Below, in pieces: positions 51,209 to 63,464 of a DNA stretch of 64,000 nt; the stretch's first letter is position 1, and the number at the start of each line of letters is the position of its first letter. The position numbers were made by a program, and so were the translations under genes. Source of the DNA: Heterodontus francisci (lineage: Eukaryota); the NCBI RefSeq assembly GCF_036365525.1, contig NC_090373.1, positions 40,649,590 through 40,713,589 on the forward strand, read 5' to 3'. The notes beneath the pieces were generated by a model. The model made no database searches, was not told the origin of the DNA, and saw only the letters and a program-made list of their open reading frames with translations.

Positions 51209-53020
51209 TAAGTGTTTGCATATGAACTTTGTGGAAGTGAATTTCGGGCCTTTGATGTTCTGCCAGTGTAGGGGGCAGGGGCAGGGGCAGTGAGGTGGCT
51301 AGGGGTCTTTTCCTTCGAATTACTTTCTCTCCGCTCTTCTCACAACAGTAGATTACTAGGACGAAATCTCATCTGGTCTTGTTTTTTCTTTGTCACTTGT
51401 GCCTTTGGTCAGGGAGAGGGATTTGTTCAGTTAGATTTTAATCCTTGGGATGGGTTTTGAGTCCTTTGCTCCCCGCGATTGTGAACCCCATCCTTGCACT
51501 TACCTTGATGGGGACCAAGGTGGCATGATATTGGGCAACCTGAATTCAGTGAGATGTATTGGAATGCCTGCTTGGCACCTCACACCTTGCCAGCCTAGTA
51601 TAAATGAGGCTAGTGCCTCAAAGCCATGGCAATTGCTTGACTGTGGGTGACCGGGCAGCATTTATCCACCACTTGAACAGCCCAAATGAGGTTTATAAAA
51701 ATTTGTCTGAAATTTGCTGTCTATGATTTATGTGGAATCGTCCTCCACTGGTAGAGAGATCTGCGGATTTTATTTTACAATGTCATTTTATTTTTTAATT
51801 AGTCATTTTGGACGTTAGATAAGTACGTGCGATTACATTGTGGCACAATGGGTAGATCAGGACAGCTTCAATCTATCCAATTTCATACCTCTCGAACTGT
51901 GTAACTCTAAAGCTCACTCCTTCTGTAAACTGTAAATCCCTTTCCTCTAGTCTTCACTCTCTTTATTATGCCTCCCAGTCTCCACTCTATGTCTCGTCTT
52001 TTGTCTCTCATTCTCTTTCTACATGCCCCTCTCTCTGTTTCTATATATCGGTCATTGTTAGATAATAGACTATACTTTTTCTGTAGCAGGGTATCCAATG
52101 GTGTCTGCCTTTAGTTAGATTTGCCATCGCCCTTGAATGTTCAAACTTTTTCATGGCAGGCTGCTAACAGTATGAGCTGGTAGCAGTGCAGTGAGGGAAA
52201 CAGGACATCTGGGATTGGAGCAAACAGGGCAATGAACAGGGTACCTTCTTAACCAATGTATGTATGTGAAATTCAAAGCACGAGGACTGCGAAGCTGTGT
52301 AAATTAAGAGTGAGGGTAAATTCATTGTCAAATCAGGTACAGAAAAAGAAATAAAGAGAGGGAAAGAAAGATTGGATTCAGAGAGAAAAAAAGAGACAGA
52401 AAGGAGAAGTAGAAACAAAATACATTTTACATTTTTATTATTTCCAACAATTAAAACCTTAAGAAATGAGACTCCACATTATAGTTAATTTTCAGTGCCA
52501 TAAAGGTTGTTTGGCAGTAAATCACAGTTCTCACAACATTAAAATATTAGACTGGAATGGATGAGGCTTAACTTTCTGTGTTGAGTTTAGTTTGTATCTA
52601 CTGCACAAATACAGTGACTAACTGCAGAGAAACACATCTCGGACTGCAACTTTTGGATTTCTAGGTTTTTATCACACATCCTCCCCTATCCATGAATAAT
52701 AGGGGAAGCCATTAGCCTCACCTTTATCTTGACAACAAATTCTGGGTCAATGAATTACTCCATACTTTCTGTCATACCAGGAAAGAGGCTGCCCAGAGTG
52801 GTGTGCGTGTGCGTGAGGGCATGGGGGTGTTAGTCTTTGGCCCTGCTGGTTGGTCAGGAAGGAGAAGAATGAACTAAGCAGTAACGCTTGTGTCAGTGTG
52901 GGCTGGTGGATGGTCTCCTCCTTTCACCATTTCAATAAAGGCACGGGCCACAGACAGCTATGTGAAGAACAGAAGCTTCAGGTGAGCTGATAGGGTGGTA
53001 TTATGATCACAGGTAGGTCA

Positions 53021-53182
53021 ACAAACAAGAAACGAAGCGTCAGGTTCATCAAGCACGAAGTTGGCGGCCTGTGGATCAGCATCAAGGGAGGCAGGGAAAT
53101 CAAGCTGCCAATCCTGATCTCAAAGATCTTCAAAGGTCTGGCAGCCGACAAGACCAAGGCTCTATATGTGGGTGACACCATC
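53021..53182 (+). pseudogene. SNTB1: Orphan fragment of a syntrophin PDZ domain (beta-1-syntrophin-like)
   Basis: [54 protein letters not shown] versus recalled SNTB1 [54 protein letters not shown]. The GLGI loop is mutated to GLWI and the fragment is truncated at both ends. Confidence 0.88.
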
Positions 53183-53362
53183 GTAACACCCTGGATACCC
53201 CTTCCCCTGGCACCCCCTTCCCCTGCACCCCCTCCCCTACCCCCCCTGCAGCCCCCCTCGCACCCCCTTCCCTCCACCCCCTCCCCCCGCACCCCTCCCG
53301 CCCTGCACACTCTTCCCCCCACCTCCTCCCACCGGCATCCACCTATCCCTGAGCAGGGACCC

Positions 53363-56300
53363 TAACAATCCCACTGCCTTGTGGGCGTCTTGGGAGAGAC
53401 TAAGGCTAAGGGAGTAAACCCTAACAGAAAGTCCGGAGCGAAACCTCGAAGGCGGTCATGTATTACTTTTGATATGCTTCCAGCAGTTCCTGCAGCCATA
53501 CTGGTGCCAAACGTCGTGCTCTGCACTCCTTTGGACCCCACCAGGAAGGCCGAGAGGGGGTTTTGAAGCTTGGGCAACTCACAACCTCCATACATCTACC
53601 CAGGCATGCGCCATGGAGAGGTCACTCCATAGTCGCCGCACAGTGACCAAAACAGCACGGAAGGCAGCAGTTACGGGTTATAAGCCCAGCTCAATTGGCA
53701 TAGAGATTGGGTGCCACAGATTGCCTTTGTTGGTGGGAGTGGTCATTGCATCCCACTGGACAGCTACCACCCGCCTCAAACCGGGCAACCCCTGGTCAGT
53801 AAGGTTCAGTCCCGCCACAGTCCACCTGCTTCAATGGGTGCTTGGAGCTGAGGGTCATTGCCCGACAAGTGGAATGTAATACCGCACCAAACAGCACGAC
53901 AAAAAAAAGGAAAGAAGGTACCAGCCCTTTGTTTTGCAAGCTGGAAATTCAGAACTGTGAGGTCGGAAGACCTCAAAGAAATCAACGATTCTCGGAAGAC
54001 CGCCATCATTAACAACGAGCTCAGTAGACTCAATGTGACCATTGCAGCACTTCAGGAGACACGCCTCCCTATGAGTGGATCTCTAAGAGAGCAAGATTAC
54101 ACCTTCTTCTGACAGGGTAAGGATTCTGAAGAACCAAGACAGCATGGAGTGGGCTTCGCCATCAGAAACTCCTTGCTCAGCATGATAGAGCCACCTTCAA
54201 ATGGCTCGGAACGCATACTGTCCATCCGACTGCTCACCACCTCTGATCCAGTACACCTACTCAGCATCTATGCTCCAACACTCTGCTCCCCACCTGAAGC
54301 TAAAGACCAGTTCTACGAGGAACTCCATAATATCATTAGTAGCATCCCCAACACCGAACACCTGTTCCTGCTGGGGAACTTTAATGCCAGGGTTGGGGCC
54401 GACCATGACTCATGGCCCTCCTGCCTTGGGCGTTATGGCGTAGGAAGGATGAATGAGAATGGACAGAGACTGCTTGGGTTCTGTACCTATCACAACCTCT
54501 GCATCACCAACTCGTTCTTTCACACTAAACCCTGTCACCCGGTATCTTGGAGGCACCCAAGATCACGTCATTGGCACCAGCTGGACCTCATTGCCACAAG
54601 GTGAGCCTCTTTAAATAGCGTTCAAATCACACGCAGCTTCCACAGTGTGGACTGCGATACCGACCACTCGCTGGTGTGCAGCAAGGTTAGACTCAAACCA
54701 AAGAAGCTGCATCACTCCAAGCAGAAGGGCCACCCGCGCATCAGCACTCGTAGAATTTCTTATCCACAGCTGTTACATAAGAAATTCACTTGAAAAAGCC
54801 CTTCAAAACATTGCTGCAGGGGATGCAGAGACTAAGTGGGCCCACAACAGAGGCGCCATCTATGACTCAGCAATGACCATCTATGGCAAATGTGTGAAGC
54901 AGAATGCAGATTGGTTTCAATCTCACTTTGAAGAGCTGGAACCTGTCATAGCCGCTAAGTGCATTGCACTGTTGAACTACAAGAAAGCCCCCAGTGAGTT
55001 AACATCCATAGCCCTTAAAGCAACCAGAAGCACTGCACAAAGGACAGCCAGGCGCTGCGCAAATGACTACTGGCAACACCTATGCAGTCATATTCAGCTG
55101 GCCTCCAACACCGGAAACATCAGAGGAATGTATGATGGCATTCAGAGAGCTTTTGGGCCAACCAACAGGAAGATTGCCCACCTCAAGTCTAAATCAGGGA
55201 CACAATCACTGAGCAACACAAGCAAATGGACCGCTGGGTGCAGCACTACCTAGAACTGTACTCCAAGGAAAATGTTGTCACTGAGACCACCCTCAATGCA
55301 ACCCAGTCTCTGCCCGTCATGGATGAGCTGGACGAACAGCCAACTAAATTGGAACTCAGTGATGCCATTGATTCTCTAGCCAGTGGAAAAGCCCCTGGGA
55401 AGGATGGCATTACCCCTGAAATAATCAAGAGTATATTTTCAGCACTCTACGAACTGCTTTGCCTGCGCTGGGATGAGGCAGCAGTACCACAGGATCATCA
55501 CCCTCTATTAGAACAAGGGTGACCGCGAGGACTGCATCGACTACCGTGGAATCTCCCTGCTCAGCATAGTGGGGAAAGTCTCTGCTTGTCGCTTTAAACA
55601 GGCTCCAGAAGCTGGCTGAGCGTGTCTGCCCTGAGGCACAGTGTGGCTTTCGAGCAGAGAGATCCACCATTGACATGCTATTCTCCCTTCGAAAGCTGCA
55701 GGAGAAATGCCAAGAACAATAGATGCCCCTCTACGTTACTTTCATTGATCTCACCAAAGCCTTTGACCTCGTCAGCAGACGTGGTCTCTTCAGACTACTA
55801 GCAAAGATCGGATGTCCACCAAAGCTACATCATCACCTCATTCCATGACAATATGAAAGGCACAATTCAACATAGCGGCGCCTCATCAGACCCCTTTCCT
55901 ATCCTGAGTGGCGTGAAACAGAGCTGTGTTCTTGCACCTACATGGTTTGGGATCTCCTCACTGCTGCTCTCACATGCGTTTAAGTCTTCAGAAGAAGGAA
56001 TTTTCCTCCACACAAGATCAGATGGCAAGTTGTTCAACCTTACCCATCTAAGAGCGAAGAACAAAGTATGGAAAGTCCTCATCAGGGAAACTCTCTATGC
56101 TGACGATGCTGTATTAACATCTCACACTGAAGAGTGCCTGCAGAGACTCATCGACAGGATTATGGCTGCCTGCAACGAATTTGGCCTAATCATCAGCCTC
56201 AAGAAAACGAACATCATGGGACAGGACGTCAGAAATGCTCCATCCATCAATATTGGCGACCACGCTCTGGAAGTGGTTCAAGAGTTCACCTACCTAGGCT

Positions 56301-57080
56301 CAACTATCACCAGTAACCTGTCTCTAGATGCAGAAATCAACAAGCGCATGGGAAAGGCTTCCACTGCTAAGTCCAGACTGGCCAAGAGAGAGTGGGAAAA
56401 TGGCGCACTGACACGGAACAGAAAAATCTGAGTGTATCAAGCCTGTGTCCTCAGTACCTTGCTCTACGGCAGCGAGACCTGGACAATGTATGTCAGCCAA
56501 GAGCGACATCTCAATTCATCCCATTTTCGCTGCTTCCGGAGAATCCTTGGCATCAGGTGGCAGGACCTTATCTCCAATGCAGAAGTCCTGGAGGCAGCCA
56601 ACATCCCCAGCATATACACACTACTGAGTCAGCGGCGCTTGAGATGGCTTGGCCATGTGAGCTGCATGGAAGATGGCAGGATCCCCAAAGACACATTGTA
56701 CAGCGAGCTGGACCGGCCGTCCAGGTCTCCGCTTTAAAGACGTCTGCAAACGCAACATGAAGTCCTGTGACATTGATCACAAGTCATGGGAGTCAGTTGC
56801 CAGTGATCGCCAGAGCTGGCAGGCAGCCATAAAGGCGGGGCTAAAGTGTGGCGAGTCGAAGAGACTTAGCAGTTGGCAGGAAAAAAGACAGAAGCGCAAG
56901 GAGAGAGCCAACTGTGTAACAGCCCCGACAAACAATTTTATCTGCAGCACCTGTGGAAGAGTCTGTCCCTTTAGAATTGGCCTTTATAGCCACTCCAGGC
57001 GCTGCTCCACAAACCACTGACCACCTCCAGGCGCTTACCCATTGTCTCTCGAGACAAGGAGGCCAAAGAAGAAGAAGAAG
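53363..57080 (+). mobile_element. Near full-length RTE-clade LINE, disabled by stops and frameshifts
   Basis: APE motifs (IAALQETRL, GVGFAI, SIYAPT, LLGNFNARVG), RT motifs (YRGISLLS, QCGFR, FIDLTKAFD, GVKQSCVLAP, LYADD, FTYLGS), C2H2 finger CSTCGRVC..IGLYSHSRRC and a (GAA)n tail. The 5' boundary is approximate. Confidence 0.95.
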
Positions 57081-57899
57081 GTCTTGTTGCGAAGGTTTGG
57101 GCAACATTAGATTGGGAGGGAGAAGTGGGGGTGGGGTGGGGTGGGGGGGGTGTGCAGGCTGAAGGTGAAGATGCAAGGTAGTTTGAGGCCTGACACATCA
57201 GAAAGTACAGTCAGCAATCAGGCTGTGGGCAGCAGTGCTGGTCCAGGAAGCAGAAAGGAAATAATTACAGGCAGGTCACTGCAGAACCTTTGCTGTTTGC
57301 TGTTTAGGTAGGGGTGATGAAGCATGAACTCAAAACTACTATTATTTATTTGTGTGCAGTTTATTATTTGATATAAATACCAATGAAACGTAGCAATTAA
57401 AAGATATTATAATCGACCCAATATAATAATGACTGGGATGTTGGGAATTGTTTTGTAGTTTGACGGCAAAAAACCTGTTTTTGGCGGAATGTGATTTTTT
57501 TTTGTGTTGGTACCAATTTTGATTAACACTACCAATAAGATTTTGGCATTTGTTTGGCCCCAGGTTACACTGCGCCGGAATTTAATTGGTTGAAAGGAAG
57601 GATGGAGGCCCCAAGTCTCGGATTTGATTGATCAAACTACATTCACACATCCTTCCATTTCCACAATTACATACACTCTCTTCCTTTTAATTCAATGTTG
57701 TATGAAATGTATCGAAATTTTGAAAAGAGACCCATTTCTGTTTCATTAAAACTGCTTAATTTGTCAATTGGATAATTCATTGTTTTTAGTAAAAACAGCA
57801 CCTTAGGTTAACAAGAGTAAAGTGGCTGCCTGGATTTATACAGAAAGAAAACTATTAATAAGTTAGATATTAAAGTATATTAATGCATCAGAGTATTAA

Positions 57900-58231
57900 T
57901 TTTTTTAAATTTAGAGATACAGCACTAAAACAGGCCCTTCAGCCCACCAAGTCTGTGCCGGCCAACAACCACCCATTTATACTAATCCTACATTCACCCC
58001 ATATTCTCTATCACATCCCCACCATTCTCCTATCACCTACCTACACTAGGGGCAATTTCTAATGGCCAATTTACCTATCAACCTGCAAGTCTTTGGCTGT
58101 GGGAGGAAACTGGAGCACCCGGCGGAAACCCACGCGGTCACAGGGAGAACTTGCAAACTCCACACAGGCAGTGCCCAGAATTGAACTTGGGTCGCTGGAG
58201 CTGTGAGGCTGCGGTGCTAACCACTGCGCCG
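57900..58231 (-). mobile_element. V-SINE (HE1-like)
   Basis: Reverse complement of 13434-13766. Confidence 0.92.
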
Positions 58232-58436
58232 TTCATTAGTCAGAACACAGAATAATAGTTGCAAAGTTAGTCTCTATCACACAAACAAATACAAAAGGAA
58301 TTTTTAAAAAATGTTTGGGATCATTGTGCCCAATCAGCGAAAAACCACGAGCAAATTCTGTGATTGGCAGGGTATACACGACAGGCTGATTTCAGGGGAC
58401 GAGGGGCAGCCTCTAGCAGAACTGTCATGTTGATCT

Positions 58437-58591
58437 GAAATAAAAACTGAAAGTGCTGGAAAAACTCAGCAGGTCTGGCAGCATCTGTGGAGAGAGAAGC
58501 ATGGATGCTGCCAGACCTGCGGAGCTTTTTCCAGCACTTCCTGTTTTGATTTCAGATTTCCAGCATCCGCAGTATTTTGCTTTTATTTTGT
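58437..58591. mobile_element. Miniature inverted PLE insertion (older, lacks the hammerhead core)
   Basis: Minus arm 58437-58500 and plus arm 58504-58591 of the PLE 3' end. 14-bp TSD TGTCATGTTGATCT at 58423-58436 and 58592-58605. Confidence 0.9.
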
Positions 58592-61441
58592 TGTCATGTT
58601 GATCTCTCTGCAAAGTATGAGCATCTCCCTCCTGCCACTTGCAGAACAAGAGGGCATATAACAGGATGGCGACATCATGGACTGGCAGAGGGATGCCAGA
58701 CACCGGGCCTCTCTCCACGTCTGAGGATGAGGCACTAGAATTGGCAGGGACCCAGGGCGGCTGCTCCCTGTTTGACAGTGAGACTGGAGGCTCCAAGCAT
58801 ATATATATAATTTTCACAATAGACAAAATATCTTAAGTGCTTTAAGCAATAGAGATGTGCAGACTGAGCTCTGCAAGAGAGTGAGAATTGTCTTCCATCG
58901 ATATACAGTTCACTTCTGGAGACCCACATCACGTATGGTTGGCATGACGAGATCCGTACAGCAGAACCCACATGTTTGTGTTCTCTCACGCAGGTCGGCA
59001 TCCACAGGAGACTCAACCAGTAGGGGGACAGCCGTCCACCTCTGAGGAGGAATGCACCTGGAGGACTGTTGGTGGCCAGGCCCATGCAGAGCCCCAGGTT
59101 CATGATGAGCCTCTGATGTCGACACCACAAGGCATGCTGGAGTTGCAGAGAGAGGTAAGGTAACATCTGGTAAAGATGCCAGAGGCCATGAGCAGACGTT
59201 GGAGGAGTCCATCCATGCCATGAGTGCTGTCATGTCTCAGGCCTGTGAGAGCATGGCTTCCTCCATAGAGAGGTTGGTGACCCTCACGGAGAGTCAGATC
59301 CCATAGATGTGCATAGATCTGCACACCATCACCCTGGCCATGAGCTCAACACAGCAGTGGCAAGGCGAGAAATGGATGAGGCCCTGGAGTCTTCTCCCAC
59401 TCCTCGTCCTTCTCTGGTCAGCAGAGAGGTTCAAGTAAGCCTAGAAAGGGAGGAGGAGAGGCTGCCCTCCACATCTGGGGGCACCCCTCAGGGTACTCCG
59501 AATGTGGACACTGACTCCTCAGCCCATCTGCCAGTGAGCCCAGCTCCATCAGCTGCGATGCCCGAGTCCTGCAACAGCGCAGGAAACCTTCAGGCACCCG
59601 GGGCCCTCGAGGCCTCAGGCACCCAGAGGACGGCCACCGGTCATCTCAAGCCAAGGAGCAGCCTGATCAGCAGCCTGCCTCCAGCCCAGCTGCTCGCGAT
59701 GGGGGTCACACCTTATAGAAGCACTTGTAAACGTATAAAGAAAACCACACAAAGACACTTGGAAATCATAGGTGTTTGAAATTTGACATTTGCTTCATCA
59801 TATAAAGTTATTTTATTCAAGCCAGTAAGGTTCATTGTGTAAAAGTGATTATTCTATCATACATTAATTGTCAGCTGCTGACTTCCCCCTTCGTGGATTG
59901 CAAATGTAAGCACGGCCCTCATTTAAATATGATCTCCCATGGGCACTAACGCGTGGTTCAGCTGGGCACTGCGCATGGAACACAAATGGAAAGCAGATGA
60001 CAGACTACATGCATTGAGGTCAGCATTTATTAGATTCTCTGTGAGTGGGCATCAGGGTGTCTGGAAGCAGGTGATTATGAGATTATCTCTTGCCTCCTTG
60101 GCACATCACTCAATCTGCCTGGCCTCCAGTGCAAGGGCTTTACCTTCCAGGGGCGCTTCAGCCCTGCCCTCCTCGTTGGTGGAGGACTATCACTCAGGCA
60201 TCTCATCATCATGTAAGGCCTCCTTCCTCTGCAGTGTTATATTGTGCAGAGCACAGCAGACCACCACAATACATGAAACCCTCACTGCAGCAGACTGCAG
60301 ACCTCCACCAGTTCAACCTAGGTACCAGAATCTCATCTTCTGCAGCCCAATGGCTTGCTCAACGGCTGCTCAGGTGGAGCCATGACAAGTGTTGTACCTC
60401 TCCTCTGCTGCAGTGTGAGGGCTCCTCTCAGGTGTCAATGGCCATGTCTTCAGTGGGTAGCCCTTGTCCCCGAGAATCCATCCATGAAGGTGAGCAGGGG
60501 ACCTGTATAGCTGTGGCACCTGGCACTGTCAAGGTATGTAGGTGTTGTGGCTGCTTCCCAGGAAGTAGTCACACACCTGCAGGAAACACTTTTTGTGGTC
60601 CAAGACCAGTTGCACATCGATTGAATGGAAGCCCTTCCTGTTGATGAAGGCGGCAGGCTGGTATGTAGGAACCTTGATGGCCACATGTGTGCAATTTATC
60701 ACACCTTGTACCCGGGGGAACCAAGTGACAGCCCCGAATTCGATGGCCCTCTCTGCCTGGGTCGGTCTGGTATCACAAATAGTCGCCAGCCCCCTTGAAC
60801 AGGGCATTGATCACCTCCTTGATGCAGGGGTGAACTGTTGCCTGCGAGACCCCACATATCCCTGATGGATCCATGGAAAGATCCAGATGGATAAAAGTTC
60901 AGTGCCCCTGTGATCAAAGCTGCTGGCAGAGGAAGACTCCCAAATCCCATAGGTCGCAACTCGTCCTGCAGCAGGAAACATAGGTCGGTGACGGCCTCCC
61001 TAGAGAGGTGTACTCTTCGCTGACGATGCTGCCTGGACATTTGGAGGTAGCTAGTACACTGTCTGGCATAAGTGGGCCTTTTTGGCATGGCCGGCTGCTG
61101 TTGCTCTCGTCGTGGTGCTTCATGGACAAGCGCAGCTGCCTTTTGGCCCTCCCTCCATTGGAGGCGCTGCATCATGCCACCAGGGGTCCAAAAAGACAGG
61201 GTGTCTGAGAACCATGCCAGGTGACCTCTGGGCCTGCAAAGTGCCTTCGATGCAGAGGCGACCCTGCCATGGCAGTTTTCCCATTGCTCTTTCTCCCGGC
61301 AGACTCCCTGATGGCCCTCAGTGCCCACCCTTGCTAATAGCCAGCCCTCTCATCCAACAACCCAACAGTTTGGACACCCGATACAGCCACCCAAACCCCA
61401 GCGCCCCGCCCCACCCCACCCCACCCCCAACCCTTGCAGAG

Positions 61442-62590
61442 CACCCGGGACCCTGCTCACCCGGCACTCCCACCCGAGACCCTGCTCACCCGGCACCCCC
61501 ACCCGAGACCCTGCTCACCCAGCACTCCCACCCGGGACCCTGCTCACCCAGCACTCCCACCCGGGACCCTGCTCACCCAGCACTCCCACCCGGGACCCTG
61601 CTCACCCGGTACCCCCACCCGAGACCCTGCTCACCCAGCACTCCCACCCGGGACCCTGCTCACCCAGCACTCCCACCCGGGACCCTGCTCACCCGGTACC
61701 CCCACCCGAGACCCTGCTCACCCAGCACTCCCACCCGAGACCCTGCTCACCCGGTACCCCCCCTGCAGACCCTGCTCAGCCAGTTCTCCCACCCGAGACC
61801 CTGCTCACCCGGTACCCCCACTGCAGACCCTGCTCAGCCAGTTCTCCCACCCGAGACCCTGCTCACCCGGTACCCCCCCTGCAGACCCTGCTCAGCCAGT
61901 TCTCCCACCCGAGACCCTGCTCACCCGGTACCCCCACTGCAGACCCTGCTCAGCCAGTTCTCCCACCGGAGACCCTGCTCATCCGGAACTCCCACCTGAG
62001 TCTCTGTTCACCTGACACTCCCACCGGAGACTTTGCTCACCTGACACTCCCACCCGAGACCCTGCTCACCCGGTCCTCCCACCCGAGACCCTGCTCACCC
62101 GGTACTCCCACCCGAGACCCTGCTCACCCGGTACTCCCACCCGAGACCCTGCTCACCCGGACCTCCCACCTGAGACCCTGCTCGCCCGGTCCTCCACCTG
62201 AGACCCTGCTCACCCGGTCCTCCCACCCGAGACCCTGCTCACCCGGTCCTCCCACCCGAGACCCTGCTCACCCGGTCCTCCCACCCGAGACCCTGCTCAC
62301 CCGGTCCTCCCACCTGAGACCCTGCTCACCCGGTCCTCCCACCTGAGACCCTGCTCAGCCAGTACTCCCACCAAAGACCCTGCTCACCCAGTACTCCCAC
62401 CGGAGACCCTGCTCAGCCAGTACTCCCGCCTAAGACCCTGCTCACCCGATAGTCCCACCCGAGAACCTGCTCAGCCAGTACTCCCACCCAAGACCCTGCT
62501 CAGCCGGTACAACTACCCATGACCCTGCTCACCCGGTACTCCCACCCGAGACTCTACTTACCCAGCACACCCGCCCAAGACCCTGCTCAG
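61442..62590. repeat. 29-bp minisatellite (CCCACCCGAGACCCTGCTCACCCGGTACT) inside the Harbinger subterminal region
   Basis: 29-nt period is visible directly, and all three + frames give the same 29-aa repeat (3 x 29 nt). Confidence 0.95.
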
Positions 62591-63275
62591 TTGGTAATCA
62601 CACCCTAGACTATGACTGCCCTTGTGGACTACCCGAGACCAAGCCCATCCATGCAGAGTGCACTGCACTGTAGACCAGCAATGGCCTCTGCTCCCCACTT
62701 CCCCTGTGTGGTGCTGGTTATGGCTGCCTACCCGTCGCAGCACTGAGGACTTGCCTCAGTACCTCCAGCTTTCAACGGCCAGGAATCTGAAGGCATGTGA
62801 TGGCCACCTGTCGTGCACTTAATTCCAAGCCCCCCATTGAAGCATGATGAATTAGATGCTAATGCATTAAAATTAAGTGTTCATGCAATTTAAATAGCAT
62901 TCCTATTGCGTCGGGGCCGAGAGGCTGCCTTGGCGCTTACCCGGCATTGGCAAAGTCCGGAACTGAGGTCACGATGTCGGATTTTCAGATGGACGCATCC
63001 GACGTGATTCTCCAGCCCCCCACAACACCATTCCCACTCCAAATGGCCGCACTAAATTCAGCCCCTCATCATTCAAACAGCCAGAAGTGATACAAAATGT
63101 CAGAGCACTGTATTCAATCAGCGGCACTGAGATTAGTCAATGGTACACAAATAGAAGGTAATTAAAATAGGACATGTCTCTTTAGCACAGGCGGAAATCT
63201 AAAGGGGAAATGCCGTTTTAATACACAAAGCACTGAACTATCTAGTTATTGATTATAACCGTTACTAATTCTTAC

Positions 63276-63464
63276 CTTGACAAAGCGGAACTTCAGCATC
63301 CCACTGATACATGCCATTCGGATACCGCCTACAGGTGGCATTACTTCGACCAACCAACTGGTATCCGGCTTTACAGAAAAACTGCACCACGCTGTTGAGG
63401 GCACCTACTGTCTTATTCAGCACTCCGCCATTCAAAGGAACACTGTTCAAGCTACAATAGGAAG
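63276..63464 (-). CDS. CSMD1: Internal exon of a CUB and Sushi multiple domains gene (Sushi/CCP domain), CSMD1-like
   Basis: 189 nt, phase 1-1, acceptor ttttgtgtttccag|CT and donor CAAG|gtaaga. Translates (A)SYCSLNSVPLNGGVLNKTVGALNSVVQFFCKAGYQLVGRSNATCRRYPNGMYQWDAEVPLCQ, a 4-Cys Sushi pattern resembling recalled human CSMD1 ...GYRMVGHSNATCRRNPLGMYQWDSLTPLCQ. Paralogue assignment is from recalled sequence. Confidence 0.9.

Larger units (their letters stand above)
58300..63064. mobile_element. Large decayed two-gene Harbinger: Myb/SANT-like gene remnant (+, ~58640-59780) convergent with HARBI1-like transposase (-, ~60150-61200)
   Basis: NKRAYNRMATSWTGRGMPD..LSTSEDEALELAG on +. FPRVQGVINCTHVAIK..FINRKGFHSIDVQLVLDH and ALNFYPSGSFHGS on -. 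Terminus AAATTCAGCCC at ~63054-63064. Left end not identified. Confidence 0.83.

Noticed and set aside
53660-53700. Twister-ribozyme-like GGGTTATAAGCCC in the RTE 5'UTR
   Set aside because: It resembles the P4 loop only. I could not find the UAA cleavage loop, P2 or the matching pseudoknot partners.
61082-62346. Pro-rich 193-341 aa ORFs
   Set aside because: Translation of a stop-free 29-bp minisatellite; all three frames give the same peptide.
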